This document shows positions 34,642 to 46,922 of a stretch of DNA of 64,000 nucleotides, one piece after another; within the stretch, counting starts at the first letter, position 1; every line of letters starts with the position of its first letter. Origin of the DNA: Zancudomyces culisetae HAW-14-8 (lineage: Eukaryota; Fungi; Kickxellomycota); assembly GCA_052426225.1 (NCBI GenBank), contig JBNJNM010000021.1, positions 806,001-870,000 on the forward strand, read 5' to 3'. The position numbers were made by a program, and so were the translations under genes. Below the pieces are notes generated by a model. The model saw nothing but the letters and a program-made list of their open reading frames with translations, made no database searches and had not been told where the DNA came from.

Positions 34642-36201
34642 ATGGGTCTCAACAGCCGTAAGCATTCAAATATATTGTGGAACGCCAACCTGCACGCAAC
34701 CAATACAGAAGGTGTCATAAGAAAAAGTTCAATTATTGGTACAATTGGACCCAAGTCACAGCCAGTAGAAGTTATGGTCAAGCTGATCAATGCAGGACTC
34801 AACATTGTGCGTATGAACTTTTCGCACGGTTCACATGAATTCCACAAGCAAACCATTGACAACGCAAGAAAAGCAGCAGCGCTTGCGGATGGAAATCAGT
34901 TGATAGCAATTGCATTGGATACCAAGGGACCAGAAATCCGTACAGGCAAGATTAGACCTGATATCCCTGAACCAACGTTTGAGGCAGGACATGAGATGAT
35001 ATTCTCTACAGATAGCAAATTTGAAGAAATAGGAGACTTGGAAGTATTGTATATTGATTATCCAAACCTGTGGAAAGTAGTAAAGCCAGGAAGAACCATA
35101 TATATTGATGATGGAATTATGGAGTTTACAGTGTTGGAGACCAGCGAAAACACCGTAAAAGTCCGAGCAGTAAACTCAGGAACTCTGGCAGAGCGCAAGG
35201 GTGTGAATCTACCAGGATCAATCATTGATTTGCCACCACTTTCCAAGAAGGACGAAGGGGATTTGAAGTTTGCAGTTGAAAATGGGTTGGATATGGTCTT
35301 TGCATCATTTATTAGATGTGCTGATGACGTGAGACACATCCGTGAGTATTTGGGAGAGGAAGGAAAAAACATCAAGATTATTTCCAAGATTGAATCAACA
35401 CAGGGAGTAGAGAACTTTGATGATATTTTGGAGGTATCCGATGGAATTATGATAGCACGTGGAGATTTGGGAATTGAAATCCCAGCAGCGCAAGTGTTCT
35501 TGTACCAAAAATCAATGATAGCCAAGTCAAACATTTTGGGAAAGCCAGTTATTTGTGCCACACAAATGTTGGAATCAATGACATATAACCCACGTCCAAC
35601 ACGCGCGGAGGTATCAGATGTAGCCAACGCTATTATTGATGGAGCAGACTGTGTGATGTTGAGTGGAGAGACAGCCAAGGGAATATATCCAATTGAGGCG
35701 GTAAAAATCATGAGTCAAATAGCCATTCTTGCAGAATCATCTATATGCCAGCACTCAACATACAGTGATCTGCGCGATATCATTCCACTTCCTGTAGGCA
35801 CAACTGAGGCAACATGTTCATCAGCCGTCAATGCAGTTTGTGAACTGAATGCAAAATTGATTATATGTCTATCGGTTTCTGGAACATCAGCTCGTATGCT
35901 TTCCAAGTACCGACCTAGTGTTCCTATCGTAGTGTTGACACGGTATCCATACACTGCACGCAATGCGCACTTGTCGCGTGGATGTTATCCAGTGATTTAC
36001 ACCAAGGAAAAGCCTGTGCTTACTGGTGATACTGCAGCAGACCGTGAGGTGTGGCAGATGGATGTTGATGCACGTGTACAGTTTGCAATTGACCATGCAA
36101 TTTCTCGTGGATTGGTCAGCCATGGAGATTTGGTGGTGACAGTTCAGGGATGGCGTGGTGGTGTAGGAAACACAAACACCATCCGTGTACTTTGTGCATA
36201 A
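34642..36201 (+). CDS. PYK1: Pyruvate kinase (519 aa, intronless)
   Basis: IIGTIGPKS, RMNFSHGSHEFH, ALDTKGPEIRTG, IISKIES..GVENFD, IARGDLGIEIP, ATQMLESM..NPRPTRAEVSDVANA, MLSGETAKG. Confidence 0.99.
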   Translation: MGLNSRKHSNILWNANLHATNTEGVIRKSSIIGTIGPKSQPVEVMVKLINAGLNIVRMNFSHGSHEFHKQTIDNARKAAALADGNQLIAIALDTKGPEIRTGKIRPDIPEPTFEAGHEMIFSTDSKFEEIGDLEVLYIDYPNLWKVVKPGRTIYIDDGIMEFTVLETSENTVKVRAVNSGTLAERKGVNLPGSIIDLPPLSKKDEGDLKFAVENGLDMVFASFIRCADDVRHIREYLGEEGKNIKIISKIESTQGVENFDDILEVSDGIMIARGDLGIEIPAAQVFLYQKSMIAKSNILGKPVICATQMLESMTYNPRPTRAEVSDVANAIIDGADCVMLSGETAKGIYPIEAVKIMSQIAILAESSICQHSTYSDLRDIIPLPVGTTEATCSSAVNAVCELNAKLIICLSVSGTSARMLSKYRPSVPIVVLTRYPYTARNAHLSRGCYPVIYTKEKPVLTGDTAADREVWQMDVDARVQFAIDHAISRGLVSHGDLVVTVQGWRGGVGNTNTIRVLCA

Positions 36202-36761
36202 GAAGAGTAGTTTTTGTTTTTTCTATCTTTTCTTTTTTTTTCTTTTTTTTTCTCGTTTGGTTTGATTAATTTAATTGTAAGCAAATTTGAAATTGTAATT
36301 GAGTTTGAAATTAGTGTGTGATTAGAAAACAATGTCCAACTCTTTATTTCCAAATTGAAAAAATAAAATAAAAAAGTTTGCAAGTTGTAAAAAAAAGCGC
36401 ATGAAAATACTTTTGAGCCGACACGGTTATATTGTAGATATTTATAAACAACGTGCAAGTTTAATAGCGCTTGGTAAAACTTGTAAAATAGTTGAATTTT
36501 ATAATTCCTTTTCATTTTTATCATTCTTTAAAAGAAGAATACTAGTATTTAAACCATAAACCATAAACCATAAACCGATAATCATAAAGCATAAACCAAA
36601 AAATAAAAATAAAAACAAAAATAAAAATATAGCTAAACTATAACCAAAATAACAAAACAAAAACTATAAATAAAAGAAATAAAAAAATAAAAAACTCAAA
36701 CCTGTCAACCTTTTCAATCCAAACTGTTTAATATAATCTATCCATTCATTCATTCATTCAT

Positions 36762-39700
36762 TCATTCCTCATCTACTGTCAATTCATCAATATAGGCACG
36801 CAAATCATTAATCATGGAATACAACTTTTTGTTTTCACTTTCCAACTTGACAAACCTGTCATTATTTGTGTCTTTTGACAATAGTTTGGATATCTGTCCC
36901 TTCAACTCGTCAATTTGTTGCTGTTGTTGAGAAAACACCTTTTCATTTGCATCACCACTACCACTACCAACAGCATTATTTTTTTTAGATGATGCAAGTG
37001 ACAACACTTGTTCATTTAATGCATCAATACGAGTATTGATCTTTGCAAGCTCACCCGAAAACTCTGTTCGAAACATCTTTTTCAACTCCTCTTCCAATTT
37101 CCCACTGCTGTTAGTACAAGCGACAAGTCGTTCATCCATTTCATGGATTTTCGCACCCAGTTTGTCCAACAACTCACGGTTCACAGTCTCACTCTTCGCT
37201 ACTTGGTTCTTGATTTCTTGAGTTTGCTTGTTTATCCCACCCAACTTGCCATCCACAATCGCAGATATCTTGGTCTCGATTTCTTTAGTATCAGTAGGTT
37301 GGTTTTGAATCTTGGACTCAATGTCGTTCAGTTTGGATTCTAAAGTCTGTTGAACAGCTCCCAAATCCTTTGCAAACTGAAGAGCCAGGTGTGACTTGGT
37401 GTTGGACAGGTCGGCAGAGGTGGATTGGAGATCAGCTTGTAGCTGGTCCAATCGTTGAGTTTGTAGTGGTTCTCCACTACCCTCGTTTACTTTGGCTCCA
37501 GAAATGGCTGTTTCTGACGGTTGGTGAGATAAAGCCAGTTGGTCGAGTTTAGTTTGGAAATCAGCTAGCTTGGCATTGATTTGAGTTTGGAAATGCTCCA
37601 ATTCTGAATTCAATCCGACCATTCCACTGTCACCACTTGTATTTAAACTTCCACCAATATTTGGACTTGGGCTTGGACTAGCACTGGCACTTGCACTTGC
37701 ACTTGCACCATAGCCTGTCTTTGCTATGGTCGCTGCCACTCCGGCACCCAGCCGCTTTTGCAACTCAGCAATGCGCTGTGAAGCAAGAGTATTGGCCCCA
37801 CCAGAGGTTCTTGGAATACCAGCATCCGCAAAAATGTTTGCACGGTTTGCCACAAGGCCCTTTGGCTTCTCTGGACGACTTGGTACAGCAGAGGTGTTTG
37901 GAGGCAGCTGCGAAGCTGTTAGGTCGGGGGAAGAAGTCTCCAAAGACTTTTCAAGCGTCTTTGATTGGGAAGATTCGGCAGCAGCGCCTTGGGCTATTGC
38001 TCCAGAAGTAGGAGGCTTGCGGGTTTGACGCTTGATGAATTTCTTTGGAGGACGAATGGTGGGAGATTTAGTCTCGGAAAAGACAGGAGATAGTGGCAGA
38101 GAAGGAGAAGCAGAGACAGAGACAGAGGCAGAGGCAGAGGCAGAGGCAGAGGCAGGATGTTCAGGTTCTTTTTTATCTTCCTGGGACAATTGTGTGGGAG
38201 GAGCAGATTCAGCATCAAGTTGGATTCCAAGAGGAGCATAGGCTTCGGCAGTTGGGGCAGTTGGGGCAGTTGTTTGTGGTTCAGGAATATTGGATTTTTC
38301 AGATTCTTGATGGTCTTGATGGTCTTGGTGGTCTGGTGGAGGAAGGGATACAGTTGTTTCTTCATGTTCCTTTTCCTGTTCCTTTTCTTGTACCTTTTCT
38401 TGTTCATTTTCTCGTTCATTTTCATTTATTTGTTCAGTAGATTTTTTGTTTTGAGAAGGATTTTGACTCATGGTAAATCTACGAGCCAATTTGGAAGCAA
38501 GTTCATCCGAAGTTTCGCTACTATACTTTGCGACATTCTTCTTGTCACTTGTTCGTTCTTTAGCAACTGAAAACCGAGAAGCATTGGATGCGGACGAGTC
38601 ATCAGGTGTTGTAGGCTTCACTTCACTCGCATTGTACCGCCGTGCCAATTTTGCCGCCAACTCGTCAGAAACATTATCTTGTACGCTTTCCTTTTCAAGA
38701 GATGCTACAGAAGATACATGTGGGTGAGTATTACGATGTCTGAAAGGCAAGGGTTTTGATACCTGTGGAGGTACATCTGTGCCAGAAGTATTCGGTTGGT
38801 CCTTTTCAACAAACGAAGATGATGGAGTGGATTCAAGTGAGGTTGGCTTTGGTTGCTGAGGGTTTGGGTTTGGGTTTGGGTTTGGGTTTGGTTCTGAGTT
38901 GGTTTCTGTTTGAGGTTTGTTTTCAGTGTCAGATTCATCTTTTATACTTTTTTCTTTATCACTAAAAGTAGTAGTTTTTGATCGCAGCTTGAGCTTTTGA
39001 AGAGCAGCTAATCCATCAGCACCAGAAAATAATCCTCCAACTGCTTGTTGTTTGATTCCATACATACCTGCTGGCTTTTGTTTTTGTTTTTGCACTTGTT
39101 TTTGCACTTGTTCTTGATCCCCCTCTTTCTCTTGTTCTTCTTCTTCTCCTTGTTCTTTTTCTCCTTCTCCTTCTTCTTGTTCTTGTTCTTGTTCCTCTCC
39201 TTCTTCTTTTTTGTTGTTGTTTTCAGTGTTATCATCATCATCATCATTATCATCATCAATTAGTTGGACAATATGGGCTGGGAATAACCCAATTCGACCG
39301 TGGTAATCACCTTTCCAGCGATCATCGTTTTTTGTTCCCATATGAATCACCGTTACATAGTCTCCAGCATTCAGATACAGCTCTTCTGGTAAATCAGTTT
39401 CATAATCTTCCAATATCTGTGCCTGTTGTTGTTGTTGATGATGATGTTGATGCTGTTTTTGTTTTTGCTGTTTTTGCTGTTGTTTTTCCTCTGTCTTTTC
39501 CTCTTGTTCAAGTTCATTATCTTCATCTTGAGCAATCACATCAGGTTCTTGTGGAGAAACTTGTTTATATTCTCTTTTTTGCGGCAGAGGTGGAGGTACT
39601 AAATCATTTTCTCCTATATGTTCCTGTTGCTGGTACTCCAACTGTTGCAATTTGGGTACTTTTTGGTCACTTGAGCGTGTAATATCTGTTGCTGCACGTC

Positions 39701-41259
39701 TAGGAAGTGGTGGGACTGGCGGTAATGGAGGTAATGCATCAATATCTCCTCCCAACCTGCTCTTATTCTTATTCTCACTCTCATTGTCATTCCGACTCAC
39801 ATCTTCATCCTTATTTTCATTTTCGTTTTCGTTTTCTGTTGTCATAAACGATGTATTCATTGCTTGAGGGGAAATTGAGATTGGTCTTGCTGGTAGAGGA
39901 GGAAGTTTTGGAGGTGGAGAAAGATAAATTGCCGAAGAAAGATGTGGAGATTGTGAAGATTGTGGAGAACGTGGAGGTGGTGGTGGAGGAATTGGCGGAA
40001 GTGGTGGTAACGACATTGGCACTACCTGTTCCCTTGTGCTCTCTTCCCTTTGGACTGCAAACCCTTTGGTTGCTCCACTACTCGCCACTCTGGGACCTGC
40101 CATTGCCCTATCTATACTTTGTCTTGATGTATCTTTTCCCTCTTCAATACTGTTCTTTCTCTCTTCTTTTCTCTCTTCTTTTTCTTTTTCCTTCTCCTTT
40201 TCTTTACCTCTTTCTTTTTCTTTGTTTTTTCTACCTGTGAAAAACCGTCCTAGTTTACTTGCACCTCCCGCTTTTGATGATGACTTGACTGAACCTTCAA
40301 CTTTATCCCCTCCAACATTTATCATTGTTGCTTCTTTTCCTTTCTCTTTTTCCTTGTTTTCACTTTCTTCATGCTCTTGTATTTCTTGTGAACTTAATAT
40401 TTTAACATACTATTTATTAAATCATTTTCCATTTATTATTATTATTATTATTATTATTACATAGTTCCTCTAAACAATAAAATATATACAAGAGTATATT
40501 ATTACCTCACTAGGAAATGTTCCAAAACTTGCTCCATTCCTACCCAAATACCATTCATCATACTCCTCCAAAATCTCTACACGTTCACCTTGTTTCAACT
40601 GCAAATCGTCTGCATCTCCTGAATTGTAATCAAAAAGTACCTCTGCCATCCTTGTCTCTATTACAAGTTTTTTTTTATTTATTATTTATTTATTTATTTA
40701 TATTTTACAAGTTTATCATCTTAACAATACATACATATATATATAAACGTATAAATGTATATTAAAAAGATAAATGTAATTACTTTTTTTGGGTCTCTTG
40801 ATGGTCTTTGAGGAATCGACTTTTCTCACATACTATTTACAAATACAAATACAAATACAAATACATTTTAGAATATAAACATACATTTATATAATGGAAT
40901 AAAAAAGTATAAAGTATAAAGTAAAATTTACATTAGAGGGAAACCAACCAAGTTCACCAGTTCGAGTATTATTACCAACCCACCAAGAATCAAATTCAGT
41001 TTTTAGAACTTCTACAATATCTCCTTTTTGCAATTCTACATCGTCTGGTTTGATTTTGGAGTAATTGTTTGTAGCTTTTGCCAAAAACAAAACCTGTTCT
41101 TGTTGTTGTTGTTCTTGCTGTTGCTGTTGCTGTTGTTGTTTTTGTTTTTGCTGTTGTTGGTTACCTAGAATTGTTTTATATATATAGTATTATTAATGAT
41201 GGGAGAGTAGAAGGAGGGATATAGTAGGAAAGAATAAAAGTATAAAACTTACTCGACAT
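36762..41259 (-). CDS. Triple-SH3, proline-rich, C-terminal coiled-coil adaptor; exons 41253-41259, 40932-41164, 40784-40832, 40506-40657, 36762-40409 (1362 aa)
   Basis: SH3-1 (AKATNNY...WWVG...GWFPSNYV), SH3-2 reconstructed from exons (AEVLFDY...WYLG...GTFPSEYV), SH3-3 (AQILEDY...RWKG...GLFPAHIV), PxxP tracts and a heptad-rich C-terminus. All introns GT-AG; total 4089 nt in frame. Confidence 0.85.
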
Positions 41260-41322
41260 GTTTCTGCCAATTCCGAAAATTAAAAATAAAAATAAAAATA
41301 AAAATAAAGACTCGTCTTCTTT

Positions 41323-41357
<35 letters not shown>

Positions 41358-41519
41358 ATTTATATGTAAATTACAATCAGATAGTAATATTTTAAACAAT
41401 CTAGTTCTCTTTCTTTTTCTTTTTCTTATTTCTTATTTCTTTCTTTAATATATATTTACGGAATTTTTTATTTCATTTATTTAATTTTTTATTTCTTTTG
41501 CTATTACATGTTTTGGAAT

Positions 41520-41610
41520 GAGTTTGAATATGAATATGAATAGGAATAGGAATAGGAATAGGAATAGGAATATGGGTCAAATGGGTTCAAATGGGTTGAA
41601 ATGGGTTAAA
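41520..41610. repeat. Compound microsatellite (AATATG)/(AATAGG)n/(AATGGGTT-)n
   Basis: Read directly; upstream of the SH3 gene. Confidence 0.85.
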
Positions 41611-42286
41611 TTGTTTAATGGGTGGAAAAAACGTTTAAAAAATTCACAACATTTTGTATTGTTTGGCACATACACACATTTTATGAATTTTTATTTCCTC
41701 CAATTGTTTTGTACAAATTTGTCGAGTGAGGTGGAGGAAAAGGAAGAGAGAGACATGAGGAAGAGAGAGATGGAGAAGGAAATAGAGTTACAATTACCTG
41801 CTTTTATTTCCCTTTAATCTTGTTTTATTTATTTATATAACAGTTATTATTAACATTGTAATACATGTAAAATATGAAACTTTAAATATAAAACTTTAAA
41901 TATAAACATGGATAAAATAATTAGGTTTACTTTTTTTAATTGTTGTTGTTGTATTTTTGGATTTTATAAATTCCAAATGAAATATATATATATGTATATA
42001 TATATTACACCTTTATATCACTTTTTAACGTTTATATACTAATCTATCATACATTAACAAATTTTTCCTTCTCCTTTTTCTTTTTATTCTTCTTTCTACC
42101 TCCCCTTCTCCCCCCCCCCACTCCCACCACCCATTTCACCTCACTTTACAAACACATATACATCTTGTTGTTTTACAAAAAATAAAAATCATATTTATTT
42201 TATATATATATATATAATTATAATTAAATACAACATAAAACATATATAAAAGGATAAGAATACTAACGAGTTAATGATATTATAAT

Positions 42287-44136
42287 TTAGTTTATAGAGG
42301 GATTATTTTGGATTTCAGAAGCTAGAAATTGATTCAAGACAATATTTACATCTTGCTCACCAAAAGTATTATTGTTATTATTATTGTTGTTGTTGTTATT
42401 CATGCTGTTATTAATGTTGTTATTGATGTTGGTAGAGTTGTTGGTAATGTTTGAGGAAATATTTAAAAAGTCTTGAAAGTTTTGGGGAAAGTCATTAGAT
42501 TGTAAAAAAGAGTTGAGATCATTTAAAGTAAGAGGATCAAGATTAGGATTATCTGTGTTTGAGTGCATAGTAGGAATGGTAATATTATTGGTTGTTGTTG
42601 TTGTTGTTGTTGTTTTTGTTGCTGTTGTTGTTGAAGAAGGAGAAACAGAGGAAGATTGTAACCGAGAAAGGTTTTGGTTTTGGTTTTGGTTTTGGTTTTG
42701 GTTTTGATGATCCAGAAATTGCAAATTGAAATAGTTGAGATTATGAGGTAAAGTGGTACTAGAGAAATTTGAAGAAAGAATAGTAGACCTTGGACGTTTA
42801 GAATCCATTAAAGTATAGAATTTCTGATTTTGAGTTTGAGTTTGAGTTAGATTATGAGTTTGAGTTGGATTTTGATTATAGTTTACAGAGTTTGTAGTAA
42901 AATCAAGGGTAGAGTTTGGTAAATGTAGTGGAAACAATTGTTGTTGGTTTTGATGTAGTTGGTTTTGAGAATATAATTGAGGAATTTGCTGTTGTTGAAT
43001 AGGTAAGCGAGAAAAGGAAGATGTACTTATATTTACATTGGTATTGTTGATTGCAATGGGATTGGAATTTTGATTTTGATTTTGATTTTGATTTGAATTG
43101 TTGTTGTTGTTGTTGTTTAATAGCAAGGAATTATGATGAGTAGTAATTAAATGACAAATATTCATATAACCATAATTCATAGCAAGACCTAAAGCAGTAG
43201 CACCAGTATGAGAACGTAGATTATGATTAATACCCAAATTCAATAAAAAAAAGGTCATTTCAGGTCTGCCAAAACACGAAGCAAAATGCAAAGCAGAATA
43301 ACCACTCCGGTCAGTATCATTGATTGGAGAACCACAAGCCACCAACATATTGACAAGTTTTTGCATTCCCAACAAAGATGATAAATGTAGTAATGAACGT
43401 AGAGAGATTGGGTGTTTTTGAGATAATCGAAAAGCGTCGAGTTCGTTTAAAGTGTAGAGATGAGAAAGAAGACCGATTATTTGTTTTTCCATGTTGGATA
43501 AATCACGAGAAGCAACAGCCATTCTTAGATTCTTGAGTTCAGATAGTAAAGCTTGACCATGAGTACTGGATATAGAAACACGATTGATATTTGAGTTTGA
43601 GTTTGAATTGGAATTTGAGTTTGAATTGGAAGTTGAATTAGGAATGGTAATCGAGGATGAATGAAGAGAAAGAAATACAGAATCCCAAAAAGAGTCAGTG
43701 TTGACATTGTAAACAAACAAGTGGTTTTTAACCAAATCCAAAATGGCACTGGGATGATTATCAGATATTGAAACACTTCCACGCATCAAAAAGATATTCA
43801 AAACCAAAACAACAAGTTGTGTGTCAGTATCTTCTACATATTCATATACAACATTGGTGTTGCTAAAGTAGGAATGTTGATTGGGATCCATTTTATAAGG
43901 AGAAACAGCTGCCCCGATTGGAGCAACTACAACTGAAACTGGTTTTGGTTCAATTACAGGTGGCACAACACACTCAATCACATTACCTGATCGGATTTTG
44001 ACTGCTGCTGCCGCTACTCCATCGAAAAACACCCAATCCTTTTCTGTAAAGTTGGATCCATATACTTCTATAGGATACCCTCCTGCCACTGGACCTGACC
44101 TACTAGACAATCTTTCTACAAATGGATTTTTGTTAT

Positions 44137-44167
<31 letters not shown>

Positions 44168-46765
44168 ATTGTTGATTTGTAAAAATGAACCAAGAACTTG
44201 TTCGTTTTGTACTTTTAATTGTGTTGGTGTATTAATACCACTATTATTGTTACTATTATTATTGCTATTACTATTACTATTTCCATTACTGTTGTTGTTA
44301 CTGTTGCTGTTGCTGTTGTAATCTAATTCTGGATAGAAATTAACATTAAGAGGACTTGGTTGGAATCCTCCTACTTCCGACGTATTATTTCGAAGAGAAG
44401 ACGCTGATCTACCCCGTTGATGTGAATTATATCGTGGTTTTGGTGATCTTGACCTTGGAATTAACCCTACATTTGCTATTCCCATCGAAGATTGTAATGG
44501 TAAAGGTAATGGCAAAGGTGATGACGAAGATTGGTTTGGTTTAGTTGATGGTTCATATGGACTTGATCCGGCTGAAGCTGAAATTGCCAATAACGATGGT
44601 GATTTGTGAACCAAATCTGACATTCGTTTGCTTCCTTCACTCATTATTCGATTCTTATTACTACTATTACTACTAACATTGTTCATATTGACATTGATAT
44701 TGACATTGTTTGTTGCCTCATTATTATTGCCCTTTCGTGTATATTCACTCTTTGCTTGTAACTTTCTATCTCCTTTCAATTTATGATTAGATTTGTGATC
44801 ATCTGTTATCATAATCGGTGGCGATGTCACTGTACATATCTCCTTTCCTGTATAATCTATTATTCGAAACACCACACAGAACCCTATTTTCTCTCCATGA
44901 TGTCTACAGTAACACGTAATCCGTATTGGAAATGTCATTTCGCCACTTGAAAAGTCTTGTAAATCGTAACAATTGAATATCAAACTCCGTTCTGTCTCCA
45001 ACTCAAGCCTTGCTTGGTCCCAATCTCTTTCCATTATCCCTGTAGTATACTGTTGTGTTTGTCCTTCATTATTACCACCCCCTTCTACTTCAGTTCCTTC
45101 CTTCCCCTCTCCTGCTCCTGCTCCTCCTGCTCCTGTTACACTCGGCGAATTCACTTGTTTTACATCTTTTCGTCTCAACGTTCGCTTATATTCTCTTCTC
45201 ATACATCCCATACACACCTTTATATGTCCCTTTGAACTGTTACTAAATGGAACCAAATCCGCTTCAAGTCGAAGCAAATGTGCAGGTGTTCTAGGCCCAG
45301 AACTGTTATTACCACTTCCACTTCCACTTCCACTACCACCACTATTGTTGCTATTGTTACTCGTTCCTCCACTTACTATCCCATTCACTCGATACTTAAA
45401 TTTATCTCGTGATATCATATTCTCTGGAAACAGTACATGTGACCAACTTGTCACCTTCTCTCCCGTCTTTGCATTCATCAACTTTAAATTGATCTTGATC
45501 TGTGTCTCCACTCGTGATTTTGCATTTTCTTCTGGAATCCCTTGTATCTCCATCTTTAGTCCCTCCATCTTGATCCTCTCCAACTCTTCTAAATAACTTT
45601 CACATCCTTCCATATTCGGATTCTGATATATCGAACTACTTGGCTCTATACACTTGTTTAGTATACTCCTGCTCGCCTCGCTTTCTCCACTCTCTTGATT
45701 AAAAAACATTATCTGTGACACATTTGGTGAAAAGTTGGTCAAGTTATTTAAACTTGAAAAGCTATTTTGCAAATTTATACTACTTGCCACACTATCCATT
45801 CCCCCTCCCCCTCCCCCTCCCCCTCCTGATCCTGATCCTGAGCCTGGTCCTGACATTCGTGAATCTTCAAATGATCCTACAAGTGAACTGTTTCCCAATA
45901 CGTTTTTGTATGCTTCCATTTCCATTCCCATTCCAACTCCAATCCCCATTCCCATTCCCATCATTTCGTTTTCTGATTGTGTTGATTCATTTTCTCCTGG
46001 ATATTCTCCTCTTGACTTTAATATCATTAATTCATTTATATCAAACCCATACCCTCCTAATCCTCCATCAACACTCATCGGGCTTTGTACTGACATCTTT
46101 ATTCCATCACTATCACTACCAACACCTCCGCCAACACTACTACTACTGCCCATACTTACACTCTGATTATTAATATCATTTACAAATGTACTGTGTAATT
46201 GCAATAAATTCTGATAATCCATATAGCTAAGATTCACAAGGTCCTTATCAATCACCGCATTGCCTCCTCCTCCTCCTCCTATGCCCATACCCATACCCAT
46301 ACCCATACCCCCTTGTGTCCTAACATTATATCCTTGACTGAAATTGTTATATGCCATCATGTTTATCCCTCCTCCTTCTCCCTCCATCGAATTGCTTGTA
46401 TTTTCTTGTTTAATTTCCCCATTAAAATTACTGCTTGCTATCGTCATTTTTGGTACAAATCTATTAGCTCCTGTAAATGTTGGTGGTGCTGTAGCATATC
46501 TATTGATCATACCACCTTCCTCACTACTGCCTCCAATCCCCATCCCCCTATTTATTTCTCCACCTCCACTCACCCCTCCTTTGCTCGTATCAAGCATTTT
46601 GCTAAGATACTCAAACCTCGATCCTGAACTGTTGGGTTCGGTTGTAAATGAATATCTCTTTTTTTCATATTCGTCGATCTCCACTCCCTCATCACCTAGT
46701 TCAAACTGATTCTGAACTCCCGATTCCTTACCTCCTTTAAAAATCTTTTTAATTGTCTTGTACAT
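42287..46765 (-). CDS. Spt23/Mga2-family transcription factor (DNA-binding-like domain, IPT/TIG, ankyrin repeats), N/Q/G-rich (1492 aa, intronless)
   Basis: KSRVETQIKINL, CMGCMRREYKR, RITCYCRHHGEKIGF, SPPIMITDDHK; IPT (SGPVAGGYPIEVYGSNF...IECVVPP); ankyrins (RSLLHLSSLLG, GYSALHFASCFG, GATALGLA). Confidence 0.9.
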
Positions 46766-46851
46766 TTTGCTTTTCCTTTTGCTTTTCCTTTTTCTCTTTA
46801 TGGAAAGTGAGGGTTCGATAGTGTTGGTATTGTTTTATACTTTTACACTTT

Positions 46852-46922
46852 TCTATTCCTATTCCTATTCCTATTCCTATTCCTATTCCTATTTCTATTT
46901 CTATTCCTGTTTCTAGTTCTAG
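46852..46922. repeat. (TTCCTA)n hexamer microsatellite with degenerate tail
   Basis: Read directly; about 90-160 nt upstream of the Spt23-like ATG. Confidence 0.9.

Noticed and set aside
38861-38891. (GGGTTT)n telomere-like repeat
   Set aside because: Lies in frame inside the SH3 gene and encodes (NP)n.
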